From positions 124,001-188,000 of the forward strand of contig JAIVFI010000015.1 of assembly GCA_025558095.1 (NCBI GenBank): a stretch of DNA of 64,000 bases, written 5' to 3'. Each line of letters begins with the position of its first letter. Positions within the stretch are counted from its first letter, which is position 1. Origin of the DNA: Hyaloraphidium curvatum SAG 235-1. Its lineage: Eukaryota; Fungi; Monoblepharomycota. Below are positions 56,229 to 64,000 of the stretch, piece after piece. Under the pieces are notes generated by a model that had not been told where the DNA came from, did no database searches, and worked only from the letters and a program-made list of their open reading frames with translations. Made by a program: the position numbers and the translations under genes.

Positions 56229-58285
56229 ATGCCGACTGCCGTGGCAGCGACGGAGCGCGAGGTTGCGGGATTCGCCGGGCGCGGCGGCGTCGGGCGGGCG
56301 GTGCCTGTGCGCCCTGGCGCCGAACGGGGTCCCTCCGCGGCCTCCGCGGCGCGCGTCGACAGCGGCGTGGCACTCCCCGGGCTGTCGGGCGACCTGGACA
56401 AGGCGGCGCCGGCGTCGCCGGGCCTGCTGGCGGCGCCGGAATGGCATGGCCCGTCCGGGGCGCCACCACGCACGCCGAGTCCCCGGCTCCACGGGCAGCC
56501 GGGGGCGCCGGTCTCACTGCTCGAGCATCTCGTGACAATCTCGCAGCTGCGGCGGGGTGGCCTCAGCTCGGCCGCCGGGGGCGATGCGCCGCGAGGGGAC
56601 GGCCGGGAGGGCGGCCAGGCGGACGACGCCCGGCTCGTGCTGGCGGCGCTCCATTCGCCGGCGCCGTCGGCCGCGCTGTACGTCGCCGCTCCGAGCACCG
56701 TGTCGGTCGACCCGTCGGACCTGCTGCTGCCCGCCCTGGCAGCCTTCTGGCGCCACGCGCACGCCGTCTTCCCGATCGTGCACCGCGCCTCGTTCGACCG
56801 CGCGTTCCGCGGCAAAAGGACGGTCTACGGATCGCAGAAGCCGCTCGCGCTGGCGTATGCCGCCGCGGCCCTGGGGGCCCGCGGGCTCGAGGGCCTCCGA
56901 GAGCACGAGCGGCTCTCGTATGCAAGGTTCTGCTGCGAGCGCTCCCGCCAGCTGCTCCTCGCCCGGAACCGCGAGGACCTCGAGACCGTTCAGACATTTG
57001 CTCTGCTGGTCAACGTGCTCCTCGTGGCGGACCTCCCGGCGCGGCTCTTTGTCGTACTCCACCGGTGCGCCACCTCGGCCGAGCGGCTGTACCGGAACCT
57101 CCCCTCCGAGGCCCCGGCGAGCACGAACCACTGGATCTACCGGGACCTCGTGCTCCGCCTGCGGGTCTACATCGCCTGCTTCGACCTCGGCGTCGCATTC
57201 CACTCGGGCAAGCCCACCTTTGGCACCTACTTCGAGGGCGGCGTCTTCCCCCTTCCCTCTGGCGAAGCATTCTTCGACCACCCCGACCCGGACGCCGCCT
57301 TCCGCATGCTCCGCGACGAATGGCGCACCGGCCTCCCTGCCGTCGCCTTCGGCGGCCGCGAATGGAACCAGGTGCTCTCGACCATGTCGGTGCTCGCATC
57401 CGCCGCCCACACCCGCGCCGCATCCGTGCTCGCCTACGCCCACCTGGCCAACTTCACCCGCAGCCTGCGGTGCCGCTTCCCCCCCCGCGACGCCGACGGC
57501 GGCCAGGCACGCCTGCGGATCGCCACGGCGCAGCTGAGCACCCTCACGGAGGACAAGTTCTCCTCCCTACCCCCCGGCCCCGGCGCGGCACTGGGCCGCG
57601 GGGACCCCAGGCCGCTGTTGAACTCGCCGTGCTTCCCGAGCAGGGCGTACGCGCACTCGGCGCTGCAGATGATCCTCTTCTCCGAGGCGCTGGCGGTCGA
57701 GGCGCTCCTGTACTCGGGGTTCAGCGGCGCGGCGGTGGCGCGGTGCGCGCGGTACGCGCGCATCCTGCGGTACCAGCTCGCCGACGACCCGGACCTGTCG
57801 CACGGGAACCACGTGCTCGCATCGCCCGCATTTTTGGTGGGCAGGGTGCTGCTGGCCGAATGCGCCGAGCTGCGGGCCGGGATGCGCGGGTTCGACGCGG
57901 CGGAGGAGGCGATGGTGCGGATGGAGCGGCTGGGGGAGATGGAGGACGGGGTGAGGGCGGTGGCGGTGGCGCTGGACCGGTACGCGACCGCGTTCGGCCT
58001 TCAACGTGGGTGGCATCGCACGACGTGCCCGATTGCGGCCGGTTGCTGATGCTTGCTGCAGCGCGCAAGCTCGCGCGCAAGTTCGCCGAGGAGATGCTCG
58101 CCTCGGGCCTGTCGGCCGCGCGGCAGATTCAGCAGGCCGAGGACGAGGAAAAGTACCAGGACGACGCGGGGGACGGTGCGGCGATATACTTTGCCGACGC
58201 GGTGCTGCAGGGCAACGGGGCAACGCTCGAATGGATACCGGCGCCGGGAAAGTCGGCGTCTGTCGACTTTGCGGGGTCGATTTAG
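56229..58285 (+). CDS. Fungal transcription factor middle-homology (Fungal_trans) domain protein; intron near 58007-58061; no Zn2Cys6 cluster seen
   Basis: FWRHAHAVFPIVHRASF, LALAYAAAALGAR, LETVQTFALL, RLRVYIACFD..GKP, PLPSGEAFF. Confidence 0.65.
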
Positions 58286-58633
58286 GGGAAGCGACGGGGG
58301 CTCCGGACTCGGAGTTCTGCGATGCCGTGGCTCGGTGGAGGATGCTGGTCAGCTCGGACGCGGAAATGTGTGGAATGCAATTGAAAGAGAGGTGACAGGA
58401 CGGCTAGTGATGTCGCTCAAGCTCCTAAATCCAAGTAGAAAGTTGGGACGAGATCGATGGTCGGAGTTTTCCCGACCCGACGCCCAAGCCCCGGCGTCGA
58501 CCTCTGGATCGTCGGATCGCCGCGCATAACACCCCGCACCTCTTCCGCCGGCGTCTAGCTCTTCGGCGGCGTCTACCAGCAGCTCGTCGTTTTTCTATCG
58601 ACGATACCTCTCGCCGGCTCTCGGCCCGCCGCG

Positions 58634-60139
58634 ATGCAGCAGTTCACCCACTTTGTCGTCGTCGGGGCCGGCCCCGCCGGCCTCCTCGCCGCCGCCGGCC
58701 TCTCCCGCCGCGGCCACACCGTCGACGTCTACGAAGGCCGGCCGAACCTTGACCAGGCACCCGAGGAATCGTACCCTATCGGGCTAAACCTCCGCGGCAT
58801 GCGAGCCGTGGAGCGCGTCGCCGGCGTTCACTTCTCCGAGCGCCTGAAGGCCGAGGGCGAGCTGGTGGACGAATGGGCCATCATGGGCGGCAACTGGAAG
58901 GTCGCCTCCGTCGTCTCGGGGGCGTGCTACTCTCACACCCGCTATGCCGTCGCCAAGGCGTGCTACGATGCCGCGACCGTGGGGGTGCCGGCTCCCGATG
59001 CCGGGGACTCGGGGTCCGAGGCCTCGACGGCGGACGACAGCGCTTCGCGGGTGAAGGTGTTCTTCGGCAAGCGGCTGTCGTCGTACGACGCCCCTTCGCG
59101 CACGCTGCACTTTGCCGACGGCAGCTTGGTCGCCCTGGACGGCAACGCGGGGCTGGTAGCCGCCGACGGCGTCTGGTCCGCCGTGCGCAAGGGGCTCGTC
59201 GTCGCGCCGCCGTCGGGACATCCGCTGGACAAAACGATCGTGGAATCGGTGATCCCGTGGGCACAGCGGTTCCGGGTCATGTTCATGGACAAGGGCCACC
59301 CGGCCTCGCTGAATCCCGCGGTTCACTATATCTACAACGGCGTGTACACTGCCGTGACGGGCAGCAACTCACGGTGGTCGGTCGTGCCAGGTTGCAAGGA
59401 TGGTGACGCACACCAATCATGGTTTGACTCCACGGAAGCGACCCCCGAGAATGTCGAAAGCCTGCGCAAGTACCTCTGCGATCGTATACCCCCAGTGAAG
59501 GACAACCTCTCGGACTTCTTCTCGGACGAGGAGCTCCGCGCCTTCTTCACCCGCCGCATCTTCACCGGCGCGCTCACCCACGTTTCCTGGCCTGCGTCGG
59601 GCGGACACACCGTCCTCCTCGGGGACGCCGCGCACGGCCTGTTCCCCGCCACCGGCGAGGGCGTCAACTCGGCGCTGGACGACGTGGCGGTGCTCATGGA
59701 CTGCCTGGACGCGTGGAACGGGGCGCCCGGCAAGCCCCTGTACGAGGTGCCCCGGCCGGAGGGGGCGAGGAGCTTCCTCGACCTGTACGCGGCGGCGCGG
59801 CAGCCTGCCATCAACGCGCTGCACGCGCTGGCCAAGGACGTTATGCTGATGCAGAACGGATCGGGGAAGGAGAAGGCGGTCCAGATCCTGGGGGCGATCT
59901 TCACCAAATGGGGAGGGCGGAAGGAAACCGAGGCGGAGCTGCGGTACGGCCCGGCGAGCAGGAGGGAGCTGCTGCCGTACGAGGAGATCGTGGCGAGGCA
60001 CTACGAGCAGGTGGAGGGGGCGCGCAAGTGGGCGCGGTGGCTTGTTTCGCCCTTTTCAGAGATCAAGCCGTCGGCGTTCAGCTCGGTGAACGCGGACATC
60101 AACATCGCCAACGTAGCCCGCGCCGTGCGCGCCAAATAG
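58634..60139 (+). CDS. FAD-dependent monooxygenase (kynurenine 3-monooxygenase-like, group A), intronless
   Basis: VVGAGPAGL...VYEGR, SYPIGLNLRG, AADGVWSAVR, LLGDAAHGLFPATGEGVNSALDD. Confidence 0.85.
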   Translation: MQQFTHFVVVGAGPAGLLAAAGLSRRGHTVDVYEGRPNLDQAPEESYPIGLNLRGMRAVERVAGVHFSERLKAEGELVDEWAIMGGNWKVASVVSGACYSHTRYAVAKACYDAATVGVPAPDAGDSGSEASTADDSASRVKVFFGKRLSSYDAPSRTLHFADGSLVALDGNAGLVAADGVWSAVRKGLVVAPPSGHPLDKTIVESVIPWAQRFRVMFMDKGHPASLNPAVHYIYNGVYTAVTGSNSRWSVVPGCKDGDAHQSWFDSTEATPENVESLRKYLCDRIPPVKDNLSDFFSDEELRAFFTRRIFTGALTHVSWPASGGHTVLLGDAAHGLFPATGEGVNSALDDVAVLMDCLDAWNGAPGKPLYEVPRPEGARSFLDLYAAARQPAINALHALAKDVMLMQNGSGKEKAVQILGAIFTKWGGRKETEAELRYGPASRRELLPYEEIVARHYEQVEGARKWARWLVSPFSEIKPSAFSSVNADINIANVARAVRAK

Positions 60140-60568
60140 ATGAGCGCCATACCAGTAAACGTCGACAATGTATGCAATCTTTGTAGAAAGAACGATTCAC
60201 AAATCGGCTGATGTCCTTGCCGCCGTCGCTAGCGAGGCTCTGGATGGGTGCAAAAGGACATCAAGTCACGCGACTTAATGGATCTTTCGGGCTCGGCGCC
60301 GATCGGGATGGTCCGGATCGTGAAGCAGTGGGCAGTTGTCAGCTTGTGGCAACAGGCGGAGTCCTCGTGCCGATCGGAGGAGTCCCGCCGCCGCATGCCT
60401 TTGGGTGACACTTTTTCCCAAGCGCTCCACGTCCGCGTACACGCGGGAACAGCGCATCCCACTTCGGACTTTCGTGAAGCAGGCATTAAAGAGCCGGGCT
60501 GTCGGAAAAGAAGCACCAAGGAGTCCGAGCCGTTCACTTTGCCCACCGTTTCCAATCGCTCGTTAGCC

Positions 60569-61726
60569 ATGCCAGACCACATCGTCGTCGTCGGAGCTAC
60601 GGGGCTCGTTGGGCGAGCTGCGATGGAGCACTATGCGACGCACGGTTTCAAGGTCACGGCCGTCTCTCGGCGCCGGCCCACGGACACGTACGGCGCCGCG
60701 CACGTGTCTGTAGACCTGGACGACAAAGATGCTTGCGAGAAGGCGTTCGGGGGACTGAGCGACGTAGTTCAGATCGTCTACGCTGCCCTCTACGAGGAGC
60801 CGGAGCTTGTGGCCGGGTGGACCAAGCAGGAGCATGTGGACAAGAACGGGAGAATGTTGAAGAACGTCGTCGAGCCCATTGACAAGGCTTCGCCCACCCT
60901 GAGGAACGTCGTGCTGCTCCAGGGGCCCAAGGTGCGTCTCATGAGGAACTGGCGATCCCACCGTGCTAATGAGAACCGCTTCTCCCTGTCGCCCCAGGCT
61001 TACGGTGTTCACACCGGCCAAATGGTTGTTGGGGCCCGGGAGGACCGCGACGAGGTCCGATCGATACCTAACTTTTATTGGTCCCAGCAAGATTACTTGA
61101 CCGCAAAGCAGGTCGGACGGCCCTGGGGCTGGACTGTGGTGCGCCCGTCGCTTGTCGTCGGAATGGGCTCCGGATCCGCGATGAACATCATCTCCGCTCT
61201 CGGCATATACGGCGCCCTTCTCAAGCGCGAAGGCCTGCCCCTGAACTTCCCTGGCGGCATCACGTCCGTCATCGAAGCGACCGACACGGACCTCATGGCT
61301 CGCATGTTCGAATGGTGCAAGGACAGCCCCAAGGCGCACAACCAGACCTTCAACCTCACCAACGGCGACGTCTTCACCATCCGCGCCATGTGGCCCGTGT
61401 TTGCGGATTGCATGGGGATGAAGGTCGGCCCCGACGTGCCCATGATGCTGTCCCAGGCCATGCCGGGGCGGGCCAAGGAATGGGACGCCGTCCGCGAGGA
61501 ATACAAGCTCACGGCGCCGGATCTGCCGACTTTCGCAGCGCAGTCGTTCCAGTTTGCCGATTTCGTGCTGGCGCACGGTGTCACTGCGCTGATGGACCCG
61601 TCGCTCATGTCGGTGGTCAAGATCCGCGAAGCGGGGTTCCACGAGGTCATGCACTCGGATGACATGTTCAGGAAGTGGTTCAAGAGGTACCAGGCCGAGG
61701 GACTGCTGCCGCCCGTCAAGCCGTAA
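60569..61726 (+). CDS. PRISE-type SDR (progesterone 5-beta-reductase/iridoid synthase-like); intron 60932-60997
   Basis: VVGATGLVG, AVSRR, LQGPK|AYG, NFYWSQQD, WTVVRP, FNLTNGD, SVVKIREAGF. Confidence 0.85.
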   Translation: MPDHIVVVGATGLVGRAAMEHYATHGFKVTAVSRRRPTDTYGAAHVSVDLDDKDACEKAFGGLSDVVQIVYAALYEEPELVAGWTKQEHVDKNGRMLKNVVEPIDKASPTLRNVVLLQGPKVRLMRNWRSHRANENRFSLSPQAYGVHTGQMVVGAREDRDEVRSIPNFYWSQQDYLTAKQVGRPWGWTVVRPSLVVGMGSGSAMNIISALGIYGALLKREGLPLNFPGGITSVIEATDTDLMARMFEWCKDSPKAHNQTFNLTNGDVFTIRAMWPVFADCMGMKVGPDVPMMLSQAMPGRAKEWDAVREEYKLTAPDLPTFAAQSFQFADFVLAHGVTALMDPSLMSVVKIREAGFHEVMHSDDMFRKWFKRYQAEGLLPPVKP

Positions 61727-61915
61727 AGTGGCGAGGGCTCGGAAGAATGAAGGCTCGCTTGCTTGAAGGTTTCGTTGCTTCATCAGACAAAGGTTGTTCG
61801 ACGAATCGGACTCAGATTGTGAATAGTAGATCACATAGCAAAGCCAGAAAAATGGAGCGGGCGGTGGTGTGAGTTGACATTGCATACATGCGATTCTCCA
61901 TAAGATAAAGCCTCC

Positions 61916-63157
61916 TTAGTACTTCACCGGGGTCCCCAACCACCCTTCGCTCCTCTTCTTCCAAAAGAGCTGCCTCAACTTCTCGCTCAGCGGCCCCGGC
62001 CCGTCCCTCCCCGCGACAGGCTTCCCGTCCACCCTCCCCACGCCCATGATCCCCCCCGCGGTCGTGCAGATGAACACCTCATCCGCGGTGTGGATGAGCT
62101 CCTTGGGCACGTGGGTGACCTCGAAGGGGACGCCGAGCTCGGCGCACAGGTCCAGGACGGACTGGCGGGTGACGCCCATGAGGCAGCCGCGCTCGGGGGT
62201 GAGCACCTTGCCGTCGGACACTGGAACGGCAGTGGTTGATTGAACATTTGCAGCGCAGGAGCCTCGGTGCGGCGTACCGATGAAGACGTTGAACCCCGGC
62301 CCTTCTGTCAGGTACTTGCCCTCGTAGTCGACCAGCACGGCGTTGTCCGCCCCGGCATCGTCGGCCTCGAAGGCCGCTTTCGTGAGGTCGCCCCAATGGA
62401 AATTCTTGATAGTAGGATCCACGCAAGCGTCTGGGATCCTAGGGACCGAGCTGACAACGATATGTGTCCCCCGAGTCTCGAAGATGTCCTTTGCGACGAC
62501 CCAGGCGAAGGGCACGACGAAGGCGCCGAAGTGAGGCTGGGCGTACTTGGGGTGGCGCGGGGCTCCCGCAGGAGGCGAGCCGCGGAGGCAGTCCATGGCA
62601 ACGTAGGCGGAGCGAAAGCCCGTGAGGCGGACCAGGCGGTGCAGGATCTCGGCGATCTGCTCGTCCGTCTCGGCGGGCTTCATGCGCAGCCCGTCCATGG
62701 AGCGACGGAACCGCTTGATGTGGTCGTCGAGGCGGAAGAAGTAGCCGTCGAACACGCTGACAACGTCGTAGGTCACATCCGAGCGGCGGTAACCCCAATC
62801 CGTCAATGAAATCTTAGCCTCGCCAATTGGGACTATCTTGCCGTGCACGTAGGCCGCGCCTTTCTCGAAAGCGTTGTAACCTGCCGGCACGTTTCCAATC
62901 CCAGATAGAGGCCCGTGGAGGCTCCGTGGCCCGGCGCGAGCGACGTCCTCCGCGGCATCGACGGAGACACCCTTGAGCAGCGCCCCCAGCTTGGATTTCG
63001 CGCCGTCCAGGTCCAGCGGCCGGGCAAGCACCACCGAGCCGCTCTCGGCACACACCTCGGCGATTGAGTTGCCGGCGCCGAGCTCGAACGCCAGCAGCGG
63101 CGCGAGCGCGGGGCCCGCAACTTCAAATGCGTCCACAGATTGCTCTCCGCTCGGCAT
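61916..63157 (-). CDS. Class IV PLP aminotransferase, (R)-amine transaminase-like; intron ~62222-62277
   Basis: DWGYRRSDVTYDV, FRLDDHIKRF, KNFHWGDL (PLP Lys), TEGPGFNVF, LMGVTR, TTAGG. Confidence 0.88.
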   Translation of the reverse strand: MPSGEQSVDAFEVAGPALAPLLAFELGAGNSIAEVCAESGSVVLARPLDLDGAKSKLGALLKGVSVDAAEDVARAGPRSLHGPLSGIGNVPAGYNAFEKGAAYVHGKIVPIGEAKISLTDWGYRRSDVTYDVVSVFDGYFFRLDDHIKRFRRSMDGLRMKPAETDEQIAEILHRLVRLTGFRSAYVAMDCLRGSPPAGAPRHPKYAQPHFGAFVVPFAWVVAKDIFETRGTHIVVSSVPRIPDACVDPTIKNFHWGDLTKAAFEADDAGADNAVLVDYEGKYLTEGPGFNVFIGTPHRGSCAANVQSTTAVPVSDGKVLTPERGCLMGVTRQSVLDLCAELGVPFEVTHVPKELIHTADEVFICTTAGGIMGVGRVDGKPVAGRDGPGPLSEKLRQLFWKKRSEGWLGTPVKY

Positions 63158-63322
63158 TGCGGAAACGTTCCGGTCACGCGTGGGCGGAACGGAAGCGCGC
63201 TATGGGGCGCCGTCGCGACCATTTGCCACAAACACTCGGCTTCCCCCGTCTCCCACCAAAGAGGCACGGCCGCGAGCACTCAGGGTGCTCGACGCGCTAG
63301 TTTTACCGGGAGCGACACGGAC

Positions 63323-64000
63323 ATGCCGTCGGCGCCCGAGAACGTCCGTGAGGACTCGCGGCGCGCAGCGGAGGCATTTCTGCGCCCGCTGGTGGCAGGC
63401 GGCGCGTGGCTCGGCAAGCTGAGGCGGGATGCGGCCGAGCCGCTCCTGCCGGCCCCGCTCGCCACGGAGGAGAGGATCAATGAGCTGCTCGGCCTCGTCA
63501 CGCTGGAGGGCACCACGCGGCCGTGGCTGCCGACTCCGTTTCGGATCACGCCGTTCATCTCGGGCATCCACATGGCCATCGCGGTGCTTGCCAACCTCAT
63601 CGCGGAGCGCCGCGGGATCAGCCCGCAGCCTGCCCGTCTGGACACGGATCACGCAACAACTTCCCTTGCGGGACACTTTGCGGTGGAGCAGAACGGACTG
63701 ACGTACGGCGGTGTTTTCGAGAAGGACCTCGCAGCAGCAAAGGCCGCCGCGGCCGAAGCTGCGGCAAAAGGACAGGCGCCGACGTCCGACGGCGGGGCCG
63801 AGGCAAATCCGGGCGTCATGTACTACCTGTGGAACCAGACGTTTACCTGCCGCGACGGGAGGGCCATCTTCCTCTACCAGAAATGGGACTCGCCGACCTT
63901 GTTGCTCAAGACCATCGGCTTCCCGGACTCGGAGATCCCCGGCCTCCTCGCCCTCTGCGACCCTGGCCGCTCTACGGCCGAGGACCGCATGACCTTCTAC
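63323..64000 (+). CDS. CoA-transferase family III (CaiB/BaiF)-like protein, 5' part; runs off the window
   Basis: Frame is open to the window end: PWLPTPFRITPFISG...ANLIAERRG..QPARLDTDHA...QTFTCRDGRAIFL, matching the N-terminus of long fungal/actinobacterial family III CoA-transferases. Confidence 0.6.
   Translation, partial: MPSAPENVREDSRRAAEAFLRPLVAGGAWLGKLRRDAAEPLLPAPLATEERINELLGLVTLEGTTRPWLPTPFRITPFISGIHMAIAVLANLIAERRGISPQPARLDTDHATTSLAGHFAVEQNGLTYGGVFEKDLAAAKAAAAEAAAKGQAPTSDGGAEANPGVMYYLWNQTFTCRDGRAIFLYQKWDSPTLLLKTIGFPDSEIPGLLALCDPGRSTAEDRMTFY

Noticed and set aside
55700-56230. Zn2Cys6 cluster exon upstream of the Fungal_trans gene
   Set aside because: No CxxC-x6-C pattern found in the + frames I read.
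1-64000. Hundreds of long overlapping Arg/Pro/Ala/Gly-rich ORFs
   Set aside because: Shadow frames expected at very high GC. They overlap motif-supported genes and have no motifs of their own.
1-64000. CRISPR arrays, rRNA, tRNA, retroelement or transposase genes
   Set aside because: No regularly spaced repeats, RNA-gene signatures or RT/DDE motifs were recognised by eye. A tRNAscan or Rfam run would be needed to exclude small RNAs.

Overview
GC-rich eukaryotic DNA with about 31 densely packed genes. Introns are short (mostly 50-70 nt) with GTGNGN-type donors (a few GC), CTGAC/CTCAC/TTGAC branch points and CAG/TAG/AAG acceptors. An OLE1-type desaturase-cytochrome b5 fusion and a Fungal_trans-type regulator together with a retained E2F suggest an early-diverging (chytrid/monoblepharid-like) fungus; this is inference. 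Most long ORFs in the track are GC-rich shadow frames, so I rebuilt gene models by hand from splice signals and family motifs. Highlights: (1) a head-to-head pair of PEP synthase ending -ARL and a trypanosomatid-type ATP-PFK whose spliced end is -KAKAKL, suggesting glycosome-like peroxisomal sugar metabolism in a fungus; (2) four intronless members of a 7-TM family with gustatory-receptor-like (7TMIC) topology and a conserved H-x5/6-CxC-x4-C motif, two forming a large inverted duplication; (3) PEP synthase intron 1 is a degenerate copy of exon 1; (4) a low-GC gene fusing three SAP/HeH-like repeats to a GxxExxY-type PD-(D/E)XK nuclease; (5) a miniature E2F next to a stand-alone TEAD YAP-binding-domain-like gene; (6) bacterial-like pieces (CARDB fragment, SdiA-regulated propeller, a ~2,250 aa giant protein) and a candidate catabolic cluster at the right end. 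No rRNA, tRNA, CRISPR array or transposase was recognised. All family assignments come from motif recognition, not database searches.
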